The position numbers were made by a program, and so were the translations under genes. The notes under the pieces are model-generated. The model did not search any database. It was not told where the DNA came from and worked only from the letters and a program-made list of their open reading frames with translations. DNA of 64,000 bases from an uncultured Gemmatimonadales bacterium. GTDB lineage: Bacteria > Gemmatimonadota > Gemmatimonadetes > Gemmatimonadales > GWC2-71-9. Shown here piece after piece: positions 48,202-58,334 of the stretch (within the stretch, counting starts at the first letter, position 1; each line of letters begins with the position of its first letter). Location: NCBI GenBank assembly GCA_963730185.1, contig CAVSQW010000015.1, forward strand, positions 256,001 through 320,000, given 5' to 3'.

Positions 48202-50356
48202 GGGTGGGCGGTTTGCCCTCGTCGCGGTAGCGCTCGATCAAGGTACAGTGGGTGGCCCGCTCGGGCTCCTCGCCCGGGGTGCGCTGGCGCCAGGTCCCGT
48301 CCGACCCCAGGTCCCACGCCTGCCGGTTGTCCCGCCACATCAGCTCCAACAGGTCACGGATGGTCTGCCGGTGGGCCGGGTCTTCGACCGGGCAGGCGGC
48401 CTCGATCCGGCGATCGAGGTTCCGCGGCATCCAGTCGGCCGAGCTGATGAACACCTCCGGGTCGCCGGCGTTCAGGAAGCACCAGGCGCGGGAATGCTCG
48501 AGGAACCGTCCGATGATCGAGATGACCCGGATGTGCTCGCTCACTTCGGGCAGCCCGGGCCGGAGGCAGCAGATGCCGCGCACGATCAGGTCGACCTGGA
48601 CGCCGGCGTGGGACGCCTCGTAGAGCGCGACCATCAGGTCGGGATCGACCAGGGAGTTCATCTTGGCGAGGATCCGCGCGGGCCGACCGGCGCGGGCGTG
48701 CTCGATCTCCCGGCTGATCAACCGGGTCAGGCTCTCCCGCAGTCCGCCGGGCGCCACGATCAGCTTGCGATAGCCGCTCGGGGCGGCGAACCCGGTGAGG
48801 ACGTTGAAGAGGTCGGTCAGGTCCGCGCCGAGGTCGGGGTCGACGGTGAAGAGCCCGAAGTCGGTGTAGAGCCGGGCGGTCTTGGGCTGGTAGTTGCCGG
48901 TTCCGATGTGGACGTACCGGCGGATCGACTCCCCCTCCCGCCGGACCACCAGGATCACTTTGGCGTGGGTCTTGAGCCCGCTCACGCCGTAGCTCACGTG
49001 CACCCCGGCGTCCTCGAACCGCTGGGCCCACCGGATGTTGTTCTCCTCGTCGAATCGGGCCTGGAGCTCGATCAGCACCGCGACCTGCTTGCCCCGCTCG
49101 GCGGCGGCGGTCAGGAGCCGGGCGATGTGTGAATCGCCCCCGGTCCGGTAGAGGGTCATCTTGATGGCGAGCACGTCGGGATCCTCGGTGGCCGCCTGGA
49201 GCAGGCGCTCGACCGAGGTGGCGAAGCTGTCGTACGGGTGGTGGAGCAGGAGGTCGCCCTCCCGGATCACCTCGAACAGGTTGCGCCCGCCCTGGAGCCG
49301 CGGCTGCGTCACCGGGACGTGCGGGGGGTCGTGGAGTCCCGGCAGCTCGAGACTGGCCAGCGCCATCAGGTCGCTGGTGTCGAGCAGACCGGCCACTTCG
49401 TAGAGGTCCTCCCGGGTCAGCGCCAGGCCGTCGGTCTCCTGATCGGCGTTGAGCTCGGCCATCAGCAGCTGCCGGAGCGAGTCGGGCGTGGCTGGATCGA
49501 CCTCGAGCCGGACCACCTCGGCGAAGCGACGGTTCCGGACCTCCTCCTGAATGAACGACAACAGGTCTTCGGCCTCTTCCGGGTCGATCTCGAGATCGGT
49601 GTTGCGGGTAATCCGGAAGGGGAAGGCGCCCAGGATCTCGATCCCGGGGAAGAGCGCGTCGAGGTGCCCGGCGATGACCTGCTCGAGCGGCACGAACCGG
49701 TGCCGGCCCGGGAGGCTCACCCATCGGGGCAGGATCTTGGGGACCTTGACCCGGGCAAACCGCTCTTCGCCGTCCCATCCCCGAAGCACCACCGCGAGCG
49801 ACACGCTCAGGTTGGAGATGTAGGGGAAGGGGTGGGCCGGGTCGACCGCCAGCGGGGTCAGAACCGGAAACACGTGGGCCGAGAAATACCGGCTCAGGAA
49901 GGTCCGGTCGGCGGCGTCGAGGTCGCCCCACGCGGTGACGATCTCGACGTCGGCGGCGCGGAGCGCCGGGAGCACGTCCTGGAGAAAGCAGCGGTCGTGC
50001 TGCTGCTGCAGCTCGCGGACCAGCGCGGCAATGGCTCCGAGCTGCTCCTCGGCGGTAAGGCCGTCGGCGGTGGGCTCCTGGAACCGGGCCGCGACCTGCT
50101 TCCGGAGGCCCGCGACCCGGACCTGGAAGAACTCGTCGAGGTTGGACGAGAAGATGGCGAGGAACTTGACTCGCTCGAGGAGCGGTGTCCGGGCGTCGAG
50201 GGCTTCGTGCAGGACCCGGCGGTTGAACTCCAGCCAGGACAGCTCGCGATTGATGTAGAGGGACGGGCGGCGCAGGTCGGCGGCCGCTGGGGTGACCGCC
50301 GGCGTGGCGGGGACGATATCCCGCACCGGAACGTCGGGCTGCAACGAGTGCGTCAC
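48194..50356 (-). CDS. ppk1: Polyphosphate kinase 1
   Basis: [73 protein letters not shown]. Confidence 0.96.
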   Translation of the reverse strand: MTHSLQPDVPVRDIVPATPAVTPAAADLRRPSLYINRELSWLEFNRRVLHEALDARTPLLERVKFLAIFSSNLDEFFQVRVAGLRKQVAARFQEPTADGLTAEEQLGAIAALVRELQQQHDRCFLQDVLPALRAADVEIVTAWGDLDAADRTFLSRYFSAHVFPVLTPLAVDPAHPFPYISNLSVSLAVVLRGWDGEERFARVKVPKILPRWVSLPGRHRFVPLEQVIAGHLDALFPGIEILGAFPFRITRNTDLEIDPEEAEDLLSFIQEEVRNRRFAEVVRLEVDPATPDSLRQLLMAELNADQETDGLALTREDLYEVAGLLDTSDLMALASLELPGLHDPPHVPVTQPRLQGGRNLFEVIREGDLLLHHPYDSFATSVERLLQAATEDPDVLAIKMTLYRTGGDSHIARLLTAAAERGKQVAVLIELQARFDEENNIRWAQRFEDAGVHVSYGVSGLKTHAKVILVVRREGESIRRYVHIGTGNYQPKTARLYTDFGLFTVDPDLGADLTDLFNVLTGFAAPSGYRKLIVAPGGLRESLTRLISREIEHARAGRPARILAKMNSLVDPDLMVALYEASHAGVQVDLIVRGICCLRPGLPEVSEHIRVISIIGRFLEHSRAWCFLNAGDPEVFISSADWMPRNLDRRIEAACPVEDPAHRQTIRDLLELMWRDNRQAWDLGSDGTWRQRTPGEEPERATHCTLIERYRDEGKPPTLS

Positions 50357-52416
50357 GGGCGATCGGGGCGGAGGTACTGATCGAGCCAGTCGAGCACCAC
50401 ACCCCACCAGAGCCGGCGGTTTCTCGGCTTGACCACGAAGTGCCCCTCGTCGGGGAAGGAGAGGAACTTCCCGGGCAGCCCGCGGAGCTTGAGCGCGGTC
50501 CAGGCCTGGTAACCCTCGGACACGTCGACCCGGTAGTCGAGCTGGCTGTGGACGATGAGCATCGGGGTCTTCCACCGGTCGGTGAACCGCGCCGGCGACC
50601 ACTGCTCGAGGAGGGCCCGTCCTCCCGGCGAGGTGACCGGCCCGCCGAACTCGTGGATCGGGAACCAGAGCTCTTCGGTGGAACCGGCCATGCTCTCGGT
50701 GTTGAAGACGCCGTCGTGGGCCACCAGGGTCTTGAAGCGGTCGGTGTGTCCGGCGAGCCAGTAGATCATGTAGCCGCCGTACGACGCGCCGGCGGCGCCG
50801 ATCCTGGTCGAGTCGACGAACGGCTGGGCGGCGAGCCAGTCGAGGCCCTTGATCACGTCTTCGGAGGGAATGTCGCCCCAGTGGCCGGAGATGCTGTTGG
50901 TGAAGGCCTGCCCGTAGCCGGTCGAGCCGTGGAAGTTCACGGCGGCCACCACGTAACCGCGGGCCGCGAACATGGCGTAGTTCCAGCGCTGGTGCCACGA
51001 GTCGAGCCACGCGCCCTGGGGGCCGCCGTGGATCAGGTAGACCGCCGGGTAGGTCCGGCCGGGCTGGAACCCGGGTGGCTTCATCAGCCAGCCGCTGATG
51101 GTGTCGCCCAGGGCGCCTCGGTAGCGGAACGCCTCGAGCGGCCGCAGGTCGAGCCGGGCGAGGGCCGCGGCGTTGACCGAGGTGAGCTGGCGGATGCCGG
51201 CCCGGGTGCCGTCGAGGTCGAGCGCGTAGAGCTCCGGCGGCATGGTGCCGGTCTGGCGCAGGAAGACCAGGCGGTCACCGGCCGCCGAGATCTGGGCCGA
51301 GGTGTTGACTCCACCGACGACCAGCGGCGTCCGGCGCCCGTCCGGCACCGTGACCCGGTAGAGGTCGTGCGCGCCGTGCTCCTCGACCTCGACGATCAAG
51401 GCCTGGGCGTCGGGCGTCCAGAGCAGGCTCTGGACCGGCACGTCCCAGTCCGGGGTCAGCGGGCGGCGCTCGCCGGTGGCGCGATCGTAGAGGATGATCT
51501 GGGCCCGGTCGGCTTCGAAGCCGGGGGTGGCCATCGAGAGGTAGGCGAGCCACCGCGCGTTGGGCGAGTAGGTCGGGTTGTAGTCGTTCCCCCGATTGTC
51601 GGTCATCGCCGTCAGGCCGGAGCCGTCCGGGCCGACCAGGAAGATGTCGTTGTTGGTGCTGGTGGCGACGACGGAATCCGGATTGAAGACGATGGCCAGC
51701 TCGGTCCCGAGCGGCGAGAGGGCGACGTCGTCGCCACCCAGGGCCAGCGTGGGCACGTCCCGGTCGAAGGGGGTGACGTCGGTGAGCGTGCCGTCGGCGA
51801 GCGTGACCTGGAAGAGATGTTGCCGTTGGCCCACCCGCCACTCGGTCCAGTGGCGGTAGAACAGGCCGGTCCAGAGCCGAGCGTCGGTCGGATAGGCCTT
51901 CTGCCGCCGGTCCAGCTCCTGGTCGGCGGGCCACTTCACGTCCGACACCACGAAGAGCGCCGTGGTGTCGGGCGAGAGGAAGAACTGGCTGACACCCGTC
52001 GCGATGGACGTGAGCCGGGTGGCCGAGCCGCTGTCGGCGCGCATCCGCCAGACCTGGGGTGACCCGTCGCGGGTCGACAGGAAGGCCACCGACCCGCCGT
52101 CCCGGGTCCAGCGGGGCGAGAAGTCGGACCCGTCGCCCTCGGTGAGCGGCCGGGTGGTCTCCTTGGTCAGATCGTAGAGCCAGATCTTGGTGAGGTTGCG
52201 ATTGGCCTCGAGCGATGGGGTCGACACGGTGAAGACGACCCGGTCGCCCTGGGGCGAGAGGGCGGGGGCTCCGACGACTTTGAGGCCGAGGAAGTCGTCG
52301 ACCGTCATCGGGTGACGGGCGCCCTGGGCGCCTTGGGCGGCTGGGGTGGCCTGGGCGGTCAGGCCGGCGGACGGCAGGACGGTGAGCAACGCCAGCAGGA
52401 GCCCGTTTCTCGTCAT
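50353..52416 (-). CDS. Exported S9 family peptidase (beta-propeller + alpha/beta hydrolase)
   Basis: Signal peptide; PD40-like repeats; [12 protein letters not shown] nucleophile, DYRV, DEGH. Confidence 0.93.
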   Translation of the reverse strand: MTRNGLLLALLTVLPSAGLTAQATPAAQGAQGARHPMTVDDFLGLKVVGAPALSPQGDRVVFTVSTPSLEANRNLTKIWLYDLTKETTRPLTEGDGSDFSPRWTRDGGSVAFLSTRDGSPQVWRMRADSGSATRLTSIATGVSQFFLSPDTTALFVVSDVKWPADQELDRRQKAYPTDARLWTGLFYRHWTEWRVGQRQHLFQVTLADGTLTDVTPFDRDVPTLALGGDDVALSPLGTELAIVFNPDSVVATSTNNDIFLVGPDGSGLTAMTDNRGNDYNPTYSPNARWLAYLSMATPGFEADRAQIILYDRATGERRPLTPDWDVPVQSLLWTPDAQALIVEVEEHGAHDLYRVTVPDGRRTPLVVGGVNTSAQISAAGDRLVFLRQTGTMPPELYALDLDGTRAGIRQLTSVNAAALARLDLRPLEAFRYRGALGDTISGWLMKPPGFQPGRTYPAVYLIHGGPQGAWLDSWHQRWNYAMFAARGYVVAAVNFHGSTGYGQAFTNSISGHWGDIPSEDVIKGLDWLAAQPFVDSTRIGAAGASYGGYMIYWLAGHTDRFKTLVAHDGVFNTESMAGSTEELWFPIHEFGGPVTSPGGRALLEQWSPARFTDRWKTPMLIVHSQLDYRVDVSEGYQAWTALKLRGLPGKFLSFPDEGHFVVKPRNRRLWWGVVLDWLDQYLRPDRP

Positions 52417-53468
52417 CCGATCACTCCTCCACCGAGCAGTCGCTCGCCGTCGTACATCACCCCCGACTGCCCCGGTGTGATGGCCCGGGCCGGCTGGTGT
52501 AGCGCCAGCTCGATCGTGGAGCCCGAGGTGGCCCGAACCGTGGCTGGGACCGGGCGGCTTCGATACCGGACCTGGATCTCGCACCGGTCGCCGACGCCGA
52601 GCGGGTCGGCCAGCCAGTTCACCTCGTCGAGGCGGAGCGACCAGCCGTCGAGCTCCGCCTCGCTCCCGACCACCACCGCGCGGTCGTCCGGGCGGATGCC
52701 GAGCACGTAGAGCGGCTCCCGGGAGCCGCCCGGCAACCCGCGCCGCTGGCCGATGGTGTATCGGGCGAACCCGCGATGCTCGCCGAGCACTTTGCCGCTG
52801 GTGGTCAGGACCGGTCCGGGCGAGAGGGCGGGGGCGTCGGCGGGCAGGTGCCGTTCCAGGACACCCACGTAGTCGTCGTCGGGGACGAAGCAGATCTCGA
52901 CCGACTCCGGCTTGTCGGCCGTACCGAGGTCGAGCCGCCGGGCCAGGGCGCGGGTCTCGGCCTTGGTGAGGTCGCCGACCGGGGTTCGCATCCGGGCCAC
53001 GACCTCACGGGGGATGCCCCAGAGAAAGTAGCTCTGGTCCTTGGCGCGGTCGGTGCCGCGGGAGAGAATGCCGTCCCGAGCGATGGCGTAGTGTCCCGTG
53101 GCGATCGCATCGCAGCCCAGCGCGTCGGCGTGGGCGAGGAGGTCGCGAAACTTGGTGAACGAGTTGCACCGGACGCAGGGAATCGGGGTCCGGCCGCGGC
53201 TGTACTCGCTCACGAAGTTGTCGATCACCTGGCGGCCGAAGCGATCCTCGAGGTTCAGCACGTAGTGCGGAATCCCGAGGGCGTGGGCGACGTCGCGGGC
53301 GTCCTGGATCGAGTCGAGGGAGCAGCAGGGGCGATCAGGGACGGAATCGCCGTAGCAGAAGAGCTTCATCGTGGCGCCCACGACGTCGTGCCCCTCGTCG
53401 ACCAGGCGCGCGGCGGCGACGGAGCTGTCGACTCCGCCGGACATCGCGACCAGGACCTTCTCAGCCAC
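52413..53468 (-). CDS. mnmA: tRNA 2-thiouridylase
   Basis: [51 protein letters not shown]. Confidence 0.96.
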   Translation of the reverse strand: MAEKVLVAMSGGVDSSVAAARLVDEGHDVVGATMKLFCYGDSVPDRPCCSLDSIQDARDVAHALGIPHYVLNLEDRFGRQVIDNFVSEYSRGRTPIPCVRCNSFTKFRDLLAHADALGCDAIATGHYAIARDGILSRGTDRAKDQSYFLWGIPREVVARMRTPVGDLTKAETRALARRLDLGTADKPESVEICFVPDDDYVGVLERHLPADAPALSPGPVLTTSGKVLGEHRGFARYTIGQRRGLPGGSREPLYVLGIRPDDRAVVVGSEAELDGWSLRLDEVNWLADPLGVGDRCEIQVRYRSRPVPATVRATSGSTIELALHQPARAITPGQSGVMYDGERLLGGGVIG

Positions 53469-54633
53469 GGCCGAGTACGGCGGTGAGTTGGCGGACCTTG
53501 GCGACTACCGGGGGGAAGACCGCGAGCACGCGGTCGGTCTCCGCCTCGGTGGTCTCCCGGCCCAGGCTGAACCGGATCGCCCCCGCGGCCAGCGTATGGG
53601 GAACGCCCATCGCCAGCAACACGTGCGACGGCTCGGCCGAGCCGGTGGAGCAGGCCGAGCCGCCGGAGGCGGCGATCCCGGCCAGGTCGAGGTGCATCAG
53701 GAGGGCCTGCCCGTCGGCGCCGGGCACCGAGACGTTGACGACGTGCGGCGCCCGGGGCGCCCGTTCGCCGTTGACCACCAGGTCGGGCACGATCGCCCGT
53801 AACCCGCCGATCAGCCGATCGCGGAGGCGTTCCATTTGGGCCTGGTGCTGGTCCAGCTCCGCCGTGGCCAGCTGAGCCGCGCGCCCGAGGGCCACGGCCC
53901 CGGCCACGTTCTCGGTCCCGGGCCGGATCCCGAACTGCTGGCCGCCGCCCACCACCTGTGCCATGACCGCCTTCCGGTCGCGGACCACCAGCGCGCCGAT
54001 GCCCTTGGGCGCGCCGATCTTGTGCCCGGACAGGGTGATCATGCTGCAGGGGGCCTTGCCGAGCGAGACGGGCACCTTTCCGAAGGCCTGGACCGCGTCG
54101 GAGTGGAAGGGCACCCCGGCGTCGGCGCAGCGCCCGGCGATCGTTTCGATGGGCTGGCGGACGCCGGTCTCGTTGTTGACCCACAGGGCGGAGATGACCG
54201 CGGGCTTCCGGGCCAATTCGGCGTCGAGGGCGTCGAGCGAGATCAGGCCGTCGCCGTCGACCGGGAGGAAGGCTTCCTCGCCGCCGAGCTCGGCCACCCG
54301 ATGGGCGGCGGCGAGGACCGCCTTGTGCTCGGCCAGGGTGGTGACGACCCGCATCGGGTCGCCCCGTTCGCGGGCTGCCATCGCCGCGCCGATCAGGGCG
54401 AGGTTGTCGGCCTCGGTGCCGCCCGACGTGAAGATGACCTGGTTGGTCTCGGCTCCGATCGCTTCGGCCACCATGCGCCGGGCCTGCTCCAGACCGGCCC
54501 GCGCGTTCCGGCCGAAGCGATGCGCGCTGGATGGATTCCCGAAGGTGGCGCCGAGGAAAGGAAGCATGGCCTCGACGACCTCCGGACGAACCGGGGTGGT
54601 CGCGGCGTGATCGAGATAAACGGGCGGCTCCAT
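53461..54633 (-). CDS. Cysteine desulfurase (IscS/NifS type), probably MnmA-associated
   Basis: [40 protein letters not shown]. Confidence 0.94.
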   Translation of the reverse strand: MEPPVYLDHAATTPVRPEVVEAMLPFLGATFGNPSSAHRFGRNARAGLEQARRMVAEAIGAETNQVIFTSGGTEADNLALIGAAMAARERGDPMRVVTTLAEHKAVLAAAHRVAELGGEEAFLPVDGDGLISLDALDAELARKPAVISALWVNNETGVRQPIETIAGRCADAGVPFHSDAVQAFGKVPVSLGKAPCSMITLSGHKIGAPKGIGALVVRDRKAVMAQVVGGGQQFGIRPGTENVAGAVALGRAAQLATAELDQHQAQMERLRDRLIGGLRAIVPDLVVNGERAPRAPHVVNVSVPGADGQALLMHLDLAGIAASGGSACSTGSAEPSHVLLAMGVPHTLAAGAIRFSLGRETTEAETDRVLAVFPPVVAKVRQLTAVLGRG

Positions 54634-54641
54634 GAGGGGAG

Positions 54642-54670
54642 ATTATAGCCCGAAACCGTTGTAACGGAAA
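54642..54670 (-). promoter_or_regulatory. sigma70-type promoter directly upstream of the cysteine desulfurase start
   Basis: Minus strand TTTCCG-17 nt-TATAAT, then 8 nt to the ATG. Confidence 0.6.
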
Positions 54671-54715
54671 GGTTTAGGAGTTCCGGCCCCGGCCCGGACC
54701 GGCCGGGTGATCAGG

Positions 54716-57535
54716 CTATCCGCCTGTCGGATCGTGCGTTGCGGATTTAGGCCCCGGCCCGGAGTCCCGAACAGCGGCCTCGAGCGAATCGAGGATCCGG
54801 CGTTCCAGCGCGTCGGGCCGAAGCTGGGTGACGGTGGGTCGAGCCGCTCCGAGAATGGAATCCGCCACCGCGCTCCGTCCGAGCGCCAGGTCGGCCTCGG
54901 CGAGCCGGAGGGTGGGGAGGAGCGCCAGCGGTCGATAGCCCGCCGGAGCGGTCTGGAGGGTGGTCGCGGCCGCGGCGCACACGTCGCGGGCGGCGGTGAG
55001 GTCGTCCCGGCGGGCCACGAGGTAGTCGCAGAGCACGGCCCGGGCCTTCCCCGTCTCCGGATGCCGGTCGCCCACGGCCTCGACCAGCGAAGCCACCGCG
55101 TCGCGTTGCATCTGGACCGCCCGCTCGCGCGACCCTTGGCGCCAGCGAACCAACGCCAGGCGCTGCACCGCGGAGGCGGTGTTCGGATTCGCGTTGCCCA
55201 GCTTGGCGCGGAGGATCCTGAGCGCGTCGTTCTCGAGGCTCTCGGCTTCGGCCAGGCGACCGCGATCGATCACGACCGACGCCAGCCGGTCGAGGACCAT
55301 CCCCACCTGAGGGTGGCCGTTGCCCAGGTGGGTCCGGAACGAGGCCAGGGCTTCACGGAGCAGACCTTCGGCCTCGGCCCGGACCGAGTCGGCGCCGGGG
55401 CCGGCGGCGCGTTCCATGACCGCCGTCGCGAGCGAGAGCTCCACCCGCGCGGTCACCGGGTGGTCCCGGCCCTGGAGCCGGGTCTGCCGGGCCAGCAGGT
55501 CGCGGTAGTCGGCCTCGGCCGAGGTCCACTGGCCGGCGGCCCGTTTGAAGGCCGCCAGGTTGCTCAGCGCCACCACCGACCGCTGATGGTCGGGGCCGAC
55601 GGTGGCCCGGAGCGCTCGAAGGGCGAGCTCCTGCACCCGAATGGCGTCGTCGATCCGGGACTGGTAGTAGTAGGCGGCGGCGAGGTTGTTGGCGGTGATG
55701 CCCACGGCCAGGTGCTCGTCGCCCAGGTCCTGGCGACGGATGGCGAGCGCTTCGGTCAGCACGGTGTCGGCTTCGGCGTAGCGGCCCAGGGCGTTCAGCA
55801 CCACGCCGAGATCGTTGAGCGAGCGCGAGAAGTCGGCCCGGCCCGGAGTGCCGGAGGTCCGTCGGATCGCGACCGCCTCGCGGAGCATCGGCTCGGCCGC
55901 CTTCGAGCGGCCCAGCTCGTGGGTGATCCATCCGGTCAGGTTGAGCGACGCGGCGAGGGCCGCCGGATCGTCGCGGGTGCGCCGGAAGGCGAGCGCCTTC
56001 CGAGCCAGCGGCTCGGCCTGCCGGTAGAGGCCGAGCCGGTCGTAACCTTCGGCCAGGACCTCCATCATGTCGGCCTGGAGCTCGGGCCGGTCGCCGTACT
56101 CCCGTTCCAGGCTGGCGGCCTGGCGGTCGAGGAGGCCCCGGACGGAGACCGTATCGCCGACCGCCTGGTCGGCCCCGGTGGCGCCGAACATCTCCAACAG
56201 GAAGCCGCGGACCTCGAGCGCCTTGTCGCGCTCCCGAGTGACCCGCGCCGACTCCTCGGCCACCCGACGGGACTGAACCAGGGTGACGGCGGTGGTGCTG
56301 GTCAGCCCCAGGAAGGCGATCACGGCCGCGGCTACCCAGGCGGCGTTCCGGCGGACGAACTTCCGGCTGCGATAGCCCCAGGTGTCGGGGCGGGCCCGAA
56401 CTGGGAGGCCGTCGTGATGGCGCTGGATGTCCTCGGCCAGCGCGGCGGCCGAGCCGTAGCGCCGGTCCGGTTCCTTCCGAAGCGCCTTGAGGACGATGTT
56501 GTCGAGGTCGCCCTGGAGCCGGCGGCGAAGGTGCGGCGAGTCGGTCCGGCGGCGACGGCTGGCCTCGCCGGGGGCGGGGCCCCCGGTGACGGCGGTGCTG
56601 GGGCGAGGGGGCAGGGTCTCCCTCACGGCGTGCTCGATCGCGGCCAGGGACTCGCCCCCAAAGAGGTAGGGATGGCGGCCGGTCAGGAGCTCGTAGAGGA
56701 GGATCCCCAGGCCGTACACGTCGGTCGCGGTGGTGACCGGTTGTCCGGCGACCTGCTCGGGGGCCGCGTATTCGGGGGTGAGCAGGCGGATCTCGGTACG
56801 GGTCTCGAGCCCGGGCCCGAGCGACTCCGAGCCGGTCAGGACCTTCCCGATCCCGAAGTCGAGGAGCTTCGGGACGCCGCCCGCGGTCACCAGGATGTTC
56901 CGGGGCTTGAGATCGCGATGGACCACCAGGGCCTGGTGGGCGTGCTGGACCGCGCCGCAGATCACCTGGAACAGCGAGAGCCGCTCGGAGACGGTCAGCT
57001 GGTGGGCGTCGCAGTACTCGTCGATCGGGCGACCCTCCACGGACTCCATCACGAAGTAGGGACGGCCGTCGTCGGTGGCGCCGGCGTCGAGGAGCCGGGC
57101 GATGTTGGGGTGGTCGAGGCTGGCCAGGATCCGGCGCTCGAGCCGGAAGCGCTCGAGGACCTCGTCGGTCACCATCCCGCGACGGATCACCTTCAGGGCG
57201 ACGCTCCGGGTTACCCCGTCGGCGGTCCGCTCGGCCAGATAGACCTCGCCCATGCCGCCCCGGCCCAGGAGTCGGATGACCCGGTACGGACCGATGGCTT
57301 CGGGCAGCGGGGCATCCGCGGGCCCGACCCGCTCGCCGAGGGGGCGCCAGTCGACCAACGGTCGCTCCAGGAAGCCCGGGTCCTCGTCGGCCGCGGCGAG
57401 CAGGGCGGCGGCCTCGCGGCGGAGCTCGCGGTCGTCGCCGCAGGCTTGGTCGAGATAGGCGGGGCGCTCCCCGGGGGGCCGGTCCAGGGCGGCGGCGCAG
57501 AGCGCTTCGAGGCGTTGCCAGCGGACGGCGTCCAC
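54716..57535 (-). CDS. Membrane Ser/Thr kinase with extracytoplasmic TPR repeats
   Basis: [51 protein letters not shown]; repeated SLN.LG/NNLA TPR units. Confidence 0.94.
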   Translation of the reverse strand: MDAVRWQRLEALCAAALDRPPGERPAYLDQACGDDRELRREAAALLAAADEDPGFLERPLVDWRPLGERVGPADAPLPEAIGPYRVIRLLGRGGMGEVYLAERTADGVTRSVALKVIRRGMVTDEVLERFRLERRILASLDHPNIARLLDAGATDDGRPYFVMESVEGRPIDEYCDAHQLTVSERLSLFQVICGAVQHAHQALVVHRDLKPRNILVTAGGVPKLLDFGIGKVLTGSESLGPGLETRTEIRLLTPEYAAPEQVAGQPVTTATDVYGLGILLYELLTGRHPYLFGGESLAAIEHAVRETLPPRPSTAVTGGPAPGEASRRRRTDSPHLRRRLQGDLDNIVLKALRKEPDRRYGSAAALAEDIQRHHDGLPVRARPDTWGYRSRKFVRRNAAWVAAAVIAFLGLTSTTAVTLVQSRRVAEESARVTRERDKALEVRGFLLEMFGATGADQAVGDTVSVRGLLDRQAASLEREYGDRPELQADMMEVLAEGYDRLGLYRQAEPLARKALAFRRTRDDPAALAASLNLTGWITHELGRSKAAEPMLREAVAIRRTSGTPGRADFSRSLNDLGVVLNALGRYAEADTVLTEALAIRRQDLGDEHLAVGITANNLAAAYYYQSRIDDAIRVQELALRALRATVGPDHQRSVVALSNLAAFKRAAGQWTSAEADYRDLLARQTRLQGRDHPVTARVELSLATAVMERAAGPGADSVRAEAEGLLREALASFRTHLGNGHPQVGMVLDRLASVVIDRGRLAEAESLENDALRILRAKLGNANPNTASAVQRLALVRWRQGSRERAVQMQRDAVASLVEAVGDRHPETGKARAVLCDYLVARRDDLTAARDVCAAAATTLQTAPAGYRPLALLPTLRLAEADLALGRSAVADSILGAARPTVTQLRPDALERRILDSLEAAVRDSGPGPKSATHDPTGG

Positions 57536-57541
57536 GGTCGG

Positions 57542-58189
57542 TCAGCCGGTGGGGTCGGGGTGGAGCAGGGTGCCGGGGCCGCCGTCGAGGGCGTCCGTCA
57601 GCTCGTGCCGGAGCCACGCCTTGGCGACGGTCCAGGCCCGGCGGACGGTCCGTTCTGAGGTTCCCATCATCGCCGCGACCTCGTCGTTCGACAGCCCGCC
57701 GAAGAAGCGATACTGCACGATCCGGGCGCCGTCCGGATTGAAGTCGGCCAGTCGGTTCATCGCTTCGTCGAGGGCCAGGAGCTCGGCCGCCTGGCCGTCG
57801 GTGAAGACGTCATGGTCGGGCAGGTCGACGGCGTCGTCGAGCGGCACGTGGCCCGCGCCGCCGCCCCGCTTCCCGGCCCGCCGTCGTTTCGCGTAGTCGA
57901 TCAGGATCCGGCGCATTGCTTCCGAGGCCACGGCGAAGAACTGGTGGCGGTTCCGCCAGTCCGCGCGGGTCTGGTCGACCAGCTTGAGATAGGCCTCGTG
58001 GACGAGGGCGCCGGTGTCGAGCGTGTGCCCGGTCCGCTCCAGCCGGAGCCGCCGCCGGGCGATGCCGGTGAGCTGGACGTAGACGAGGGGCAGGAGGCGA
58101 TCGAAGGCGCCCCGGTCGCCTTCGGCGGCGAGGTGCAGCAGCCCGGTGATCTCACCAGGCTCCCGGTGTGGTGGGGGTGTGTCCTCCAT
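57542..58189 (-). CDS. ECF sigma factor of the kinase-associated (ECF43-like) type
   Basis: AFDRLLPLVY, HTLDTGALVHEAYLKL, HQFFAVAS.AMRRILIDYA, LLALDEA, RFFGGL, RTVRR.W..AKAWL; 6 bp upstream of the kinase gene. Confidence 0.92.
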   Translation of the reverse strand: MEDTPPPHREPGEITGLLHLAAEGDRGAFDRLLPLVYVQLTGIARRRLRLERTGHTLDTGALVHEAYLKLVDQTRADWRNRHQFFAVASEAMRRILIDYAKRRRAGKRGGGAGHVPLDDAVDLPDHDVFTDGQAAELLALDEAMNRLADFNPDGARIVQYRFFGGLSNDEVAAMMGTSERTVRRAWTVAKAWLRHELTDALDGGPGTLLHPDPTG

Positions 58190-58334
58190 CGGGGGTCTCT
58201 CCGGCCGGCCGGCGGATCGGAATCGATGCAGCATAGGTTATTGCCGGCGGCAAGGGAGTGCAATGCGGGGCGTGGCCGAGTGTGGCTGGGTTTTTCGCGT
58301 AGCCAGACGAGCCACCGTTTCGAAAGGCCTTGCC

